A stretch of 64,000 nucleotides of DNA from Podarcis filfolensis (GCA_964270895.1 OZ185436.1); one strand, 5' to 3'. Positions 10,901 to 23,837 are shown, counted from the stretch's first letter. The notes: generated from the sequence alone by a model not told the origin. Made by a program: numbers and translations.

Positions 10901-12912
10901 CCGATGAATCCTCATTGAGAAAATCTCAATGCATCTCCTCCACCCCCATCCAACATGGGAGATGCCATCTTCCACAATCCCAACTTTTTATGTGTAACTG
11001 CATGTGAATAAACTAGAGACATGTATTTCTATAGTATAGACAATGTATGTCCAAGAATGGAACATGGTTTCTTTTACTCTCCCAAATTCCCTTGCAATGG
11101 CAGTTATAAAGACGAAAACGAAACCTCATGAAAATTTGGTGCACCATTAAATATTTTTTTATCTTTGCCTCAAGCCCCTCCTGTCTGTCCAAGCTTGCTT
11201 TAAAATTTAAAGAGAGGAAAGAAGGAGACAAAATGGGGGTTGGGGGGAGGGAGAGAGAGAGAGAGTGAGAGCTTGTAAACTTTTGTGCTCTGTGCCAAGG
11301 CAATAAAAGTCTACTGCTCCAAAGAGGATACATTTAGCGAAGTCCACCTGCCATCCACATAATGTTTCCTATTGTTGCAGATTCACAATTATTCCAAAAT
11401 ATTTGCTTTGGGAAGAAAAGGGGGCTGCTGGTTTGTTTATCTCTTCGTGTAAGCTCCCAGAGCAAGAATTTATAATGAAGAAAGCCATTTTGGACTCCCT
11501 CAAGCAAATCTCTCGAGGCCCCTACAATACTGTTTATTAAAACTTCACGGTGCCATGGGGAATGTCTGCATGTGTTAATGAACAATAGTTTATAAATGCA
11601 ATTCTGCTTTTGAAAGGGTACATCTCACAGGCGTTTTGCAGGAGGCACATCCCACCGTTCTTCAGCCGGCAACTGATTTTAAACAGGGTCCATTTTCTGA
11701 ACAAAGCAAGAGTTGAACGACTTTTGCCACATGAGCTACGCTGTGAATACAATCTTCCTCAAGGCCAGACCTCATTCACTTCTCACTCCACAGTGTGAAT
11801 AGCAATGAAGGTTTTGATGAAGTCCCACCTTGACCATGAATCTCTGATGCTCAGTTGGAAGCACAGTCAAGACACTCCATTTTGTCTCGTCTTGACTGGG
11901 GATTGCACTGGGCCCCTGGAGGGTGTAACTTATCCTTTCCACCAGGGTCAGCCCAAAACGTGAAGTGAAGGACAGGTTGGCACCCACCCCGCCACCAGTC
12001 TATGTTCAGAAGTTAACTGGGCAAGCAGTTGAATTTTTACCTCCATATTAGCCATAGGACACTGCACTTCCACACACATGAGGGCAACATGCTAGGTTAG
12101 GGCAACACAGCTGTGCCCTCACCACTGTTGCCTGCCTCCCAGCAGCTGTCACCTGAAGTGGCCATCTCACTTTGTCTAATGGTAGGGCCAGCTCCTTATT
12201 GAATCCAACACTTCAGAAATTAGAAAAGAAGGCAACTTTTGGAGTGCTACTGTTCTGCCAAGCAACAACAAACAGGGTTTCTGAGCTGGACGCATCATGG
12301 TAGATGAAAACAGTGGGGCTCTATTTTGGATGTGTGCCTGCATAACCGTTTTGCTCCTATTCTACTTTTTTTTTAGGCGCAATTGGCGTCATCAAAGCAG
12401 TTGCCCTGTATTGATTGAAAGGCAATGACTTTAACATTTCATACCGTCAGCCAGAGATAACAGCCCCTGTGGGGAAATGAATCTTAAACTGTTGCTGAAT
12501 GGCTGGAGGAAATGGAACCTAGAGAAAAAGCTCAGGGAGGTGAGAATATTGAAACTGCTCCATATATCGGTTAGCGTTGTCACAAGGATTCGAGAGCAGT
12601 TTGAATCTTTGCAATAGGTTTGGGGTGAGCAGGTGAGGTCAAGGCACCTGCTTACCTCACACCTTGCTACCATCTCTGCCTTCCCCCTATCCCTGGCCTC
12701 ATTAATTTTGAAGCAGAGGAAGGTGGAGAACCCTCCATCTTGAAAGATTTTGATGCCTCTTTTTAAAGCTGAGAAGTGCATTGCAAAATGTGCAGAGGTG
12801 TGAAAACCAAAGGGCAGCTGCATTTTGATCCATGCACTAAGTCCAGGAAGTGCAAATCAGGTCTGTTCACTTAAAAATGTGGACTTGAGGATAACATCCT
12901 CAAGTATCCCTA

Positions 12913-13088
12913 GGCAGGACTATAGCTCCGTGGTGGAGTAAATACCCTGCATGCAAAAGATCCCAGGTTCAGTATCTCCAGGAAAGCCCCCTGTCTGACC
13001 CTGGACAGCAGCTGCCAGTCAAGGTTGACAATACTAAGCTAGATGCGTCAGTGGTCTTAGTCAGTATAAAGCAGCTTCCTGTGTACTA
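12913..13088 (+). mobile_element. Squam2-like tRNA-derived SINE (about 175 bp, diverged)
   Basis: Head 'ctatagctccgtggtggag…tcccaggttcag', 3' part 'gacaatactaagctagatg…agtataaagcagcttcctgtg'. Confidence 0.75.
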
Positions 13089-13332
13089 CAGTTATTTTCA
13101 TTTTGCCAAAACAACCAGAGCAAGAAGTTGCCCTTGCAGTACCTCTGGGAAATGTTCAAGCTCAGACTTTGATGAGTCTTTGGGAGGAGAGAGTGTCACT
13201 GTGCAAACTGTTTTGTGATGTATTTAGGATTTGTATAGATTAAGGGGTCTACGATTACTAAATAAACGTACTAAATAAATTCAAGCAACTTTACAGGACA
13301 GTTTCGATAAAGGGGGTTGATTTACTCCTTCT

Positions 13333-13347
13333 TGCCACCAGGTGGCA
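13333..13347. promoter_or_regulatory. Candidate CTCF-type motif (palindrome TGCCACC-A-GGTGGCA)
   Basis: CCACCAGGTGGCAG matches the CTCF core CCASYAGRKGGCRS; motif match only. Confidence 0.4.
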
Positions 13348-13917
13348 GGAAGTGTCGCTGCGTGTCTCAGCATCTTCTTCCAGATCAATTTCAAAGAAGG
13401 AGGCAGTAAAGCTGAGATCTGTGCTTTTCCTGTCTCCCCCACTGATGTTTCCGTATTGTAAGTGGATTTCTCATATGGGCGTAACAGGCAGCACCTTTCG
13501 CTAAAGATGAGCAGAGAGTCAAGATGAGAAGAAATGGATTGTGTATATGTAATAATGAGACACAAGTTAGAGTGGATGACAGCTCGGGATGAGCGATGGG
13601 CCAATAAGAGAGTCACAAGATACAAGATGGGCAAAGTTCATAGATAATTGCCTAAGCTTTTCTCCCCCCAAATTGGGGCTTTTTTCTCCAGCCATTTTTC
13701 TTCTGGTGAGGGTTGCTTTCAGTTACTGAGCTTGACCAGGCCAAAAATGGCTGAAAAGAAAGACGTAAGGTCCAGGAGAGGAAACGTAAGTGGGGAAAAG
13801 GTTTGCTTTGTCCCTCCTACTTATTTGTTCAGCACTTTTAAATGCCTTTTATCCACCTTTACAGGGAGCCACTGGCAACCTGATTCTGCTGCACGGGTCT
13901 GCAATTGTCATGTGAGG

Positions 13918-14104
13918 AAAGGGCCATAGCTCAATGGTAGAGCATCTGTTTTGCATGTGGCAGGTTCCAGGTTCAATGCTCAGCATCTCCAGCTAGGCCT
14001 GGGAGAGACTGCTGCCTAAAATCCTGGAGAGTTTCTGCCAGTCAGTGCAGACAATACTGAGCTTGATGGACCAATAGGTCTGACTCAGACAGCTTCCGAT
14101 GTTT
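13918..14104 (+). mobile_element. Squam2-like tRNA-derived SINE (about 185 bp)
   Basis: A-box 'tagctcaatggtagagc', B-box-like 'ggttcaatgc', tail 'gacaatactgagcttgatggaccaataggtctgactcag…cagcttcc'. Confidence 0.8.
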
Positions 14105-14593
14105 ATCTGGCTGAGGCTAATGTGAGTTGTAGCCCAGTAACATCCAAAGGGCACCAGGTTGGTGAAGGCTGCTGTATACCATTGGCTTGGATTTGTTTTC
14201 CTCTGTCTTACGTTGTTCTCTGTGGCAAGTTTTATCAGCGCTTAACGCTGCCTTGTGGATATGACAGGGCAGGTCTCCCACAGGTCCTTTCCCCTGTTCT
14301 CTCTCTCTTTCTCTTTGCAATGGCTTTTTGTTTTCACTAATAAAGCATGGACTAACAGCTTGGCAATTACCAAACTGAAATTTGTGGGAAATGGGGTTTG
14401 GCTGATAGTTAAAGTGGTCAAGGGCAAGGCATCATCAAAAACCTTGGCCCATCTTAGACTGCTATAAGGTGGAAGTGAATGAAAAGGGGACAAAATTCTT
14501 TAGTTGTGCCTAAACTGGGATACACCAGATGCACAACAAATGGACAGAGGGTTCCCTAAGTTCCCTTTGGCTGTTCTGGGTCTCTGATGTACA

Positions 14594-14774
14594 NNNNNNN
14601 NNNNNNNNNNNNNNNNNNNNNNNNNNNNNNNNNNNNNNNNNNNNNNNNNNNNNNNNNNNNNNNNNNNNNNNNNNNNNNNNNNNNNNNNNNNNNNNNNNNN
14701 NNNNNNNNNNNNNNNNNNNNNNNNNNNNNNNNNNNNNNNNNNNNNNNNNNNNNNNNNNNNNNNNNNNNNNNNNN
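14594..14774. other. Assembly gap (181 N)
   Basis: Run of N read directly. Confidence 1.
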
Positions 14775-15768
14775 TCTGGCTTCCCTTGTGAACATGCCAT
14801 CCATCCCACTGCCTCAGCTGCCTTCTTGCAGTCAGTAAAGCAGTGACTTATTCCTGGCACACACAGCTGTTAGGGTCAGGAGGCAATCCAGAGGGCAAAA
14901 TGCAGACCCTGGTCCTAGAACAGCCTTTGAAAGTGCTGTTCTATCTGCTGAAGGAGGTGGAGAGCCACATGTGCACAGGTTGCACACCTGTGGGATGGAC
15001 ATTGTTTGGAGTGACTTATTCAAATCTCCACCCCTCAGAGACTAAGGGCCAGGCACTGTCTCTTAACATAAGCTGCCTCATGGGATTGTTATGGGGGTAA
15101 AATAGAGGCAGAGAGGGATCCAGGAGTGCTGCCTCCAGCTTCTTGGAGGAATGGTGGAAAAGCATAAAAATAAAAATCTGTATGTGCTGTTGTAAGCTGC
15201 TTTGAGCACATAAAAATGCAGGTTATAAATAAATAAAATTCACAGAGGTTGGGAGATGCAGGAAAAACAACGTAGAAATTCCAAAGTGGCGTGAGGGAGA
15301 AAGTCTTCGTAGTGATTACTGTACAGCCTTCCAAAGGAAAACTTGCACAGCCACATGACCTCAGCAGGCTGTTATACCACCTGCACCTGTAATGGAGGGT
15401 TTGGATGGAAACAGCCTCTATTTAGACTTTCCATCCCACTCTCCCTCCCTCAACAGCTTGAACTCCATTTTAATGCCATTATCCATTTGTAATGCTTGCA
15501 GTTCAGAGCTACGGTTCTCATTAAGTAAATAAATAGCACGGCCCTTACCTGGAGTTGTCTGACTTGCGTGCTCCTGTGCTTAACAATTTCTCGATCGTTT
15601 TGAATTAGCCACCCTCAGAGGCACAATGCCAGGCCTAGTTTGACCTATAAGAACGTTCTTATGTTCTTCACAGCAAGGACTGAGGGTAGCTCCAGGGTAG
15701 ATAAGACCTGTTTCGGTACTGCCAGTAAACACTCCTCAGCCGGTAGCAGACATCACAGCGCAGGTCCA

Positions 15769-15848
15769 GGAAAGGGGTGTAGCTCAGATGAATAGCACGT
15801 GCATTGTATGCCAATTCAATCCCAGATTCAATCCCCAGAAAGACTGGG
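15769..15848 (+). mobile_element. Squam2-like SINE 5' head fragment
   Basis: 'aggaaaggggtgtagctcag…agcacgtgcattgtatgc…cccagattcaatcccc'. Confidence 0.5.
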
Positions 15849-18800
15849 GCAGCCTTTATTTAAAACTCTCAAGGCAGTGCTGGGCTAGGTAGGCAAATGG
15901 TCTGAAAGCTTCTCAAGTTAGGGAAGTCCTGAGAGGGGAAAAGCTCAGCCAGAACCTATGATATATAGCCCTTCTGTGTTCACAGAAGGCACTCCAAAAG
16001 CTGGCTTGTTTGTAACAGTAGGGACACGGAACATGGTCCTAGAACCCTGTCTCTCAATGAACACATGTATCAGATGCTAGCAAGGGATGGTGGGAGGAAC
16101 CTCACAGGCCCTTTCTCAACCACACCTGTAATTCTCACTCTACTTTCCCTTTTTTCAGCTTTTTCTTTCTGAATTAAGCACTTTGCTTTAATCTCAGCAG
16201 AAGAACTCGCATCACCAAAGCTTGACAGACTTACCCTGAGATGTGTAATTATGATGTCCAGAAAGGTAACAGTAAGCAGCTTTTGCAGCCCATCCATCAT
16301 CTTCAGCTCTGCTTCTCCTTTGTAAAATTGTCGCTTCAATGACTTGGCTCTTCCTTAGGTTGTAAAAGGTGGTGTTTTGCTCCCAATGAATAGTGAGCCA
16401 GGTGCCCCTAGAAAGTTCAAAGCAGGTCAAGAAGGAGATAGCCATCCCTTGTTCCCACCAGTCCCAGCATCAAGCAGTCAGAGGTCTCAGACTATGGAAG
16501 TGGACCCAGCATTAGAGTTGAGCCTCATTAGGCTCCTGCTAGGGCTTAGCAAAGGTCTGTCACCAGCTGGTTCCTCCATCCTAGCTACTGATGCTGCTGC
16601 TCCACCTTCTCACTGTCTACTCTTTGGTGACTTGCCCTCTAATTGACTGGGGCAGAGGGTGGGTGAGCAAGCAAACAAACAACAAAGAGGAGTTGTACTG
16701 CACTTGGCACAAGATGACTCACTCATCCTCTCTCCCACTGAGGGTTGGTAGATAAGAAGGAGAAGCAATAGCTGCCGTATGTATTTTCACTTCACATTTC
16801 AAGGGATGACACTGAGGACATTGCTCAAGGGCTCCTCTTACCAGCGAAACCTGGTGCAGTTCTTGTAGGATGGTTCCATTTTTTGCCATCATGACCAACA
16901 GCCATTCAAATATCTATCCTCCATTGATTTGTCCACTTTTAAGTTAACTAAGCTGTATCTGGTAGCAATAAACTCTATAAGTCACAACTCAGAGCATATT
17001 TCTGTCACCCTATATATATTTTTTTACCCCTGTAGCTTGCTTCTATGCTTTCGTGTTCCATAAATGCATCTTTTTTCACAAAGCAGCCAAAAATTGAGAC
17101 TGGAGAAAACATTCTGAAAAGTATGTTGCTTCTAAAGTTGATTGTGTTAAGCACTTGTTATAGGGACTAGAGATTTTGCAAAGTCCTCTCCCTATTCGAA
17201 ATCTGGAATCACATATATACATAAAGCATGAACGGGGGGGGGGGGGTTCAGTCTTTAATGCTGACATTTGGCTCTGCCCACTGATTGGTTCCTTATTGTT
17301 TAGTTTGATCAAGAGTTTACTGTACAAGGAGGTTAATTATTGTGGCTTCATTTGCTATTTGAATCTTTATACTGCCCCAAATCTCTCTTGTTACACTGCA
17401 ATTACAGTATTTTATCTCGTAGTATAAAGCTGAGCTTTAAGGACATGTGGGTAGCTACTGTAGCTATTGCTAGGATAACTGCAAGGCATAACACTTAGGT
17501 TTACACAAAATCATTTTCATTTTCAAAGGACAGAAGAGCATAAAGGTTTTGGCAATAAGACAAAAGAGTCTTTAAAACACCTTCTTAGTTAATTCACTTG
17601 CCATATGATCTATGGCAGGCTATGCTCACTGCATCACCCAATGGCAAGAAGAAGCTCACAATTCCTTATGTTATTGAATTAGAAGTTAATAATAGCTGCA
17701 GCAAGCTTGGCTACCTAAGATCTGGGTCCCAGATGCCACAATACTTTATTAGACAGAAACAACAAAGCCTCTTGGCTGATTCTTCTTCTGCAGTAAGACA
17801 ACATAAAAATTTCTACCTTCCAGGGACTTCCCTTAATAAAGTAGAAAGATAACATGAGAGGAAGGCCTCCCTTGGGTCTAGAGGCAAAAGGTTCTCATAA
17901 TGTTCTGATGGTGACTCACGCGTACTACAGGTAACAAACCCTATACTTGATTTCACAGTGGGGATGAGAAAGAAATTTGGGGAATACACTGTTCCCTGGC
18001 AGTCCTAACCAGCCTAGCAATTATCTGGCTAGAAAACTGAATGAGCAAGAGGAAGAAAGGAATGGATGTGCCAAATGCATCAATTACAGGTGACTGTCCT
18101 TGACTGTCTTTGTAAAGCAACAATAGGTTGTGAGCAGACCAACTGGTTTTTCAATTTCTAGCCCTAAAATGGGGTTTGCATTCTGACATGGGGTGTGTGA
18201 GAGTGAGTGTGTTTCTTGGAGACACAACTGGCTATTAACAAAATCATACACCTCTTTCTGATATTGCACTGAAACTGCAATGGGACTCGTGGAAATACTG
18301 AGGAAGATTCAGCACCTATCCAAAGGGTTTTGGCTCCAGAACTGAAGATGAATCCAAAGACTAATGACAAGGACCCAGGTCAGTTGTCTATAAGGGCATA
18401 TTCATATGGAAAGTTTGAAGTTCATTGTATTGAATAGTATAAGGGCTCAATTAGCACCCAGCAGTTTTGACAACAAGCATAATTCCATGGGAGCTGTCCA
18501 GGGTACTGAAAGATGTGTCTCTTGTTACTCTTCAGTCCAATTCCATTCTTGACCTTCTGAGTCTCTTTCTCTCTGGTCCTTATTCTAACTACCTGTTCAA
18601 ACTTACTTCCTTCGGACTTCACCATGGGCTCATCCTCGTCAGAATAGGACAATAGGCCCATTGATGCCCAAACAACTTGCCCAAGTGGTTTGCATTGCAT
18701 TGCACATAAGAAATCACTAAATAACTAAGCAGCCAGGGGCCAACAAACAAAGGAATAAGGAAGAATATTGTCTGCTTTAAAAATCAGCGGGGAAGGTTGC

Positions 18801-20454
18801 TTTCAAAGAACTAGAACTGACTGCTTTTCAAATTACATTTTTGGCCATTTCCCTAACTTTAGAACCATTTTTCTAGACTTTTGTTCCCTGCCCAAAAGTA
18901 GCCTGGGATACTGGCTCGGATACACTGTCACTTCTAACTACCAAATCCTGGACAAACCACAGTTCTGCTACAATGACACATTCTTTGAGAAAGAAAGATA
19001 TTCCATGCAGATCTCCCAGAATGCCTGTAATTTCCCAGCCATTTATCATAAAGGTCTCTAGGACATTAAATAGCTTTGTTAAAGCCTTGTACAATTGAAA
19101 TGGCTAGGAGACAACTTAGTTCTCGGCACAGAAATGGACTGCCCAGATTTACCCTGTGGGGGTTTTTATAACCAGACAGCTCTCAAGGGTTTACTTTGAA
19201 ATGGCCAGAGTCATGGCAACATGTGTAAACATCCAAGTTTCATCCCCCTTACCTGAAAACTTTTTAAGCAAAAAAACTTCAAGCTTCTAATTTTCCTGGT
19301 TACCCCCCCCCCCAAAAAAAGAAAGAAAGGTAGGGATTCTCAGAAGCCAGAAAACAACAGATGCCCACTTAAAAAAACAACAACACACACACTTAATCAC
19401 TTTGGGGTGTCTGAATCTATTTGTCAACACATAATACACTTAATCACAGGCAAGCCAGAACGGGGGGGGGGGGGGGAGGATGCATAGGCCTGTGCTTTTG
19501 AGGGGGCCTACTCTGAGTCCCCCGGTAGAGTTTATTGAAATGGGACTACATTTCCCATCTGACCTGGGCCTACTACCAAAATGGGGCCTACATTTTCCAT
19601 TTAGCCTGGGCCTACTACCAGCTTTGCATGGCCCTGATCACAGGTATCCAAAAACCCCAAGCTCTACCTATCCACTTTTGTCTCTCTGCTTTTTCATCAG
19701 TTTGGAAAACAGGAATCATGGAAAGTTACTTCAGAAAGCTCATTTGGGATGGCAATTAGCTGCTCGTTTCCCTTCCTTGCTGACTATGCACTTCCAAGTT
19801 GATTATTAGCCATGATATGAAGACAAGTAGCACCTTCTAAACTCCCAGTAATGTAATGCACAGTGCTCCTGGGCCAGGTGAAGTGCTGATGGAGCTGGCA
19901 TTTGACCTTCGAAAAGGAAAAGGGTAAGGGGGTGAAGAGAAAAACAGAGCATATTCCAGTGATGAAGCCTGACTGTGAGATGTATTTCTCTTTTGCTGGT
20001 AAAGAGCAAGGGGATGAATTCAGCATTGTGCTAAGACATTTGTTCCATCAGTGCAAGCATTTCTGCTCACCAGGCAAAACAGTCTCCCTTCTTCTTCCAC
20101 ACACCCTGTTCTGGGGGAGTCCCAACCCTCCAAAGTGCATTTGGGGGTAGCTTGTGGGGGTATACAAGGGCAGGAGTGCTCTGTTGCATTAGCAGGAGCC
20201 CTTGTACAAGCTTCGACTAGCAGAACGAGCTAGTTGAATCCAGCCCAGTAAACATATCAGTAATTGAATCCATATCCAGACTTGTAGTCCATGGATTGCA
20301 GACTGTCGACTGAGTGATGATGTTCTAATGTCACAGAGAGATGCTTGCCTGTTGAAGATAACCATTTTCTGGAATCCCACCACTGCGGCTGTCATGACTT
20401 TCAGGAGAGTCATGGAAATTAATTGCCTACCTCTGCCATTGTGAAATGGGAAAA

Positions 20455-20586
20455 CAGGAGTGCCCAACCTGTGCTCCAACAGAGGTCTCTGGACTACGAC
20501 TCCCACCATCCCTGATCACTGGCAAGGCTGGCTGAGGCTGATGGGAGCTCAACAACTTCAGGTGGGCTACAGGTTCCCCACCCCTG
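20455..20586. mobile_element. hAT (Charlie-like) MITE
   Basis: Degenerate TIRs CAGGAGTGCCCAACC / GGTTCCCCACCCCTG and internal palindromic 'ggactacgactcccaccatccc…gatgggagc'. Confidence 0.65.
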
Positions 20587-20638
20587 CTGTAAAATTATCA
20601 GCGCTTAATAAAGTGGGCTTCTAACTCTCAGAAAGATA

Positions 20639-20880
20639 CAGTGGTACCTCGGGTTACATACACTTCAGGTTACATATGCTTCAGGTTACAGACTCTGCTA
20701 ACCCAGAAATAGTGCTTCAGGTTAAGAACTTTGATTCAGGATGAGAACAAAAATTGTGCTTCGGCAGCACAGCAGCAGCAGGAGGCCCCATTAGCTAAAG
20801 TGGTGCTTCAGGTTAAGAACAGTTTCAGGTTAAGAACAGGCCTCCGGAACGAATTAAGTACTTAACCCGAAGTATCACTG
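20639..20880 (+). mobile_element. Tc1/mariner (Tigger-like) MITE, copy 1
   Basis: TIR CAGTGGTACCTCGGGTTA / TAACCCGAAGTATCACTG, TA duplication at both ends, repeated CTTCAGGTTAAGAAC motifs. Confidence 0.9.
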
Positions 20881-20996
20881 TACTCCTTTTCCCACTGCTC
20901 CTTTTCCCACTGCCATCTTTAAGGCTTGCTTGTTGACATTGAGGCTTCACTGGACAAGAAAAGAAGAGCTAGATGACACATTCAAGAGGGGGGCGA

Positions 20997-21138
20997 CTAC
21001 TTGACATTCAGAAGACATCTTAAGGCAGCCCTGTTCAGGGAAGTTTTTAATATGTAATGCTGTACTGTTTTTAGCACTTGACTGGGAGCCGCCCAGAGTG
21101 GCTGGGGGGACTCAGCCAGATGGGTGGGGTATAAATAA

Positions 21139-21180
<42 letters not shown>
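20997..21180 (+). mobile_element. L2-type LINE 3' end with (ATT)14 tail
   Basis: 'gaagacatcttaaggcagccctgttcagggaagtttttaa…gggagccgcccagagtggctgg…gatgggtggggtataaat' then ATT repeats; near-identical to the copy at 22388. Confidence 0.8.
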
Positions 21181-21182
<2 letters not shown>

Positions 21183-22387
21183 AGTGGCCAACCCACATGA
21201 AAATGGCATTCCAGGTGTTTATTGAACAGCCATTAGTATCTCTTTCCAGAAAAGCAAATTTGTAGATGCTATGTAACATTTGTAGATGCTATGTAATGGA
21301 TGCATGGAGCCTTTTCCCCACCACTGGGAAATATCTATCACCTGAAACTAGACTTCTGAATGGGCACAATGTGATCATGCACTATATTCCCCAGAAAACT
21401 CATTTTGAGCTTTTCTAAAGTGTGCCTCAGCAGTGTGGTGAAGACAAGGTGAGTTCTGAGTGGAGTAGCTGCTGAAATAACTACAGAAGCTGTTCAGCAT
21501 GGAGCCAGATGACAACTTGCTCAGCCTAAATGAATTCGCATCGTTCTCATCATTTGTTTGTATGAATCAGTCGTTCTACTTCCCCCTCCTCCCATCAAGG
21601 TTGCTGTGTGCTTTATCTCCACATAGTTCAGACAACTACGTGCAACAATTGGAATGAGTGATTGGAGCAACAACTCCAACACAAGGAAGCTGCCAGCAAC
21701 TTGCAACACAGGAGCAAAAATCTTTACAGCTTTCTTTCTCCCTCATTTATTTTGCAGGTTTTATTGCCTTCAGGGTCCCCCACACTCTGACCTTTGCTAA
21801 TGAATATACTGAAGGCCTGTCCACATTTGTTAGGTGGGAGCCATGGTGTAATCAATCCTGACTCAGCAGACACACCAGTTAATGGCATTAATACCCGGTT
21901 AGCAGAAAGGGTCACCAAGTGCACAGGAATATTATTTCCTTCCATTATGGAACAATGACAAAGAGAGAAATCAGTTGTGATGGCAAGACATCATTCGGGA
22001 CTTATGGGCACCTAGGCAAAATTCAGGTCTCTGGGGAGCAGCGGCTACTGAGCTTCATTGCTAAAGCCCTGAATAACTGCAAAGCCAGGACAAATCCTGA
22101 GCAAACTTTGACCATTGCCTCATTGGTCATGGTGCCTGCCATCCAGCATCATTGTCTAACAAGGCAACATATTCCATCCTCAGATCATATGTTAATATGT
22201 GTTACATTATTGGCAAAGAGCGTTCAGAAGGAGCAACATAGAGACGGTATAAGAAAACAACTCTACGATAGAAGTATTAACCAAAAATCAAGGGAGCATT
22301 TCAAGACTGCTGAGATGGGTTGGTGGGGAAGTTATATCCCAACACCAGCACCATGTTTCAGACAACATGTATTTATTTCTCAGACAC

Positions 22388-22540
22388 TATCTGACTTTTA
22401 GAAGGCATCTGAAGGCAACCCTGTTTAGGGAAGTTTTTAATGTTTGAAGTTTTATCGTGTTTTTAACATTCTCTTGGGAGCCACCCAGAGTGGCTGGGGA
22501 AACCCAGCCAGATGGGCAGGGTATAAATAATAATTATTAT
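22388..22540 (+). mobile_element. L2-type LINE 3' end, same subfamily
   Basis: 'ttagaaggcatctgaaggcaaccctgtttagggaagtttttaatg…gggagccacccagagtggctggggaaacccagccagatggg…tataaataataattattatt'. Confidence 0.8.
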
Positions 22541-23575
22541 TTTTTGTGTGTGAACAAGTGCTCTTAAAATTAGCCTTTGGTGGGCAATTTAGTCATGACT
22601 ATATTCACGAACCCTTGCCCCATCCTGAGGGAAATGCTTTCACCCCTCCTCTGAACACTAAAATGGTGCCACTGACTGAAAGGGAACAAACCATCAGCTG
22701 TATAATTGTTTTTTGCAGCACTGAGCAGGGGAGATTTCTGAGTCCATTTATATTCACAACATTCTGTAAGGCAAGAAGGTTGGGATGAGAGATGAATGAA
22801 GATGCTAATCCTGGGAGTTTCGTTTCCCAACAGAGCTCTCAGCCTGGGATTCCTCCCTCGCAACATCTGCATCCGCAAAACCTGCATCTGCATTTCCTGC
22901 CACATCAGCAAATACAGCCAACACCTCTGAAGTAAGAACAAAGGTGTTTCTGTTGGTGCATAAGCTTTTCTAGTGGTCAAATACTTATTACACTGAGTTA
23001 GAGCATAATGTGCTCTTGATGGGAGCAGTTTACCCCTTGGCAGCAGGCATTCATGGAGGTTTCAATGAACTACCAAGTGATTCATAGGCTTGAGTCTTCC
23101 CAGAGATTTAAGAGAATCTTTAGGAAGATAAACACTCCTATCTAATAAGTGCCATTCATATTTAAAACAAAAGGAGGATAAAGATAAAATAGATCCCAGG
23201 CTCAAAATGCACACCCATATTTTCATATGCTGTCAAGGCTTTCAACTAGCAATGGGGGGGATGACAGGAGGGAAGGGCACTCTGTGTGGGGGTTGAATTG
23301 CCTCTATAGCAGGAACAGAGTACTTTTTTGAGCCTGAGGGCCAAATTCCCTTCAGAGCAACCTTCTGAGAGCTACATGCTGGTGGTGGGTGGAGCCAGAG
23401 GTCAAAGTGGGTGGGGCAACAAATGTAAATTTAGTCTTTTTACAGTAGGCTAGTTTCTCCACACACTCATATGCCACTCTCCAGGTTCCATGCAGATGAG
23501 CAAGAGGCATTATCAGAGTTCAAGCACACATTCTGGTCTCACTTGTGGTGTGAAACAGATCCAGTGAGGGGCTTG

Positions 23576-23763
23576 TAGGGTTGCCATATTTTAAAAAGTG
23601 AAAATCCAGGCACAAATGTCGTTGGGCCAAAATCTTCCAACATCGACATGGGTTGCCATACGTCCAGATTTTCCTGGACATTTAAGCGATTCCTGCCTAG
23701 ATACTGTTTCCAATGGCCAAATCCCAGCAATGTCTGGGAAATTCTGGACCTATGGTAATCCTT
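23576..23763. mobile_element. hAT (Tip100-like) MITE
   Basis: TIR TAGGGTTGCCA / TGGTAATCCTT (degenerate); 8-bp flanks GGGGCTTG and GAGGTTTG (6/8), consistent with a decayed hAT TSD. Confidence 0.7.
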
Positions 23764-23837
23764 GAGGTTTGCCGAGGCCGAGTTCTGAGTAAGGCTGCAC
23801 ATCCGGTCCAGACAAATCCCAGATCCCAAACCAAATT

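Noticed and set aside
12913-14104. tRNA-like A/B boxes as genuine tRNA genes
   Set aside because: They continue into shared SINE bodies and lack a full cloverleaf; these are SINE heads.
14510-14860. ORFs spanning the N run
   Set aside because: Artefacts of translating an assembly gap.
15550-15622. Minus-strand exon candidate ending CAG|GTAAGG (WLIQNDREIVKHRSTQVRQLQ)
   Set aside because: Good donor but weak acceptor, and an unrecognised peptide.
20639-20880. Regularly repeated CTTCAGGTTAAGAAC motifs as a CRISPR-like array
   Set aside because: They are subterminal repeats of a TA-flanked MITE present three times; eukaryotic context and no unique spacers.
21258-21296. 20-bp tandem duplication ATTTGTAGATGCTATGTAA x2
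   Set aside because: Ordinary local slippage duplication with no further structure.
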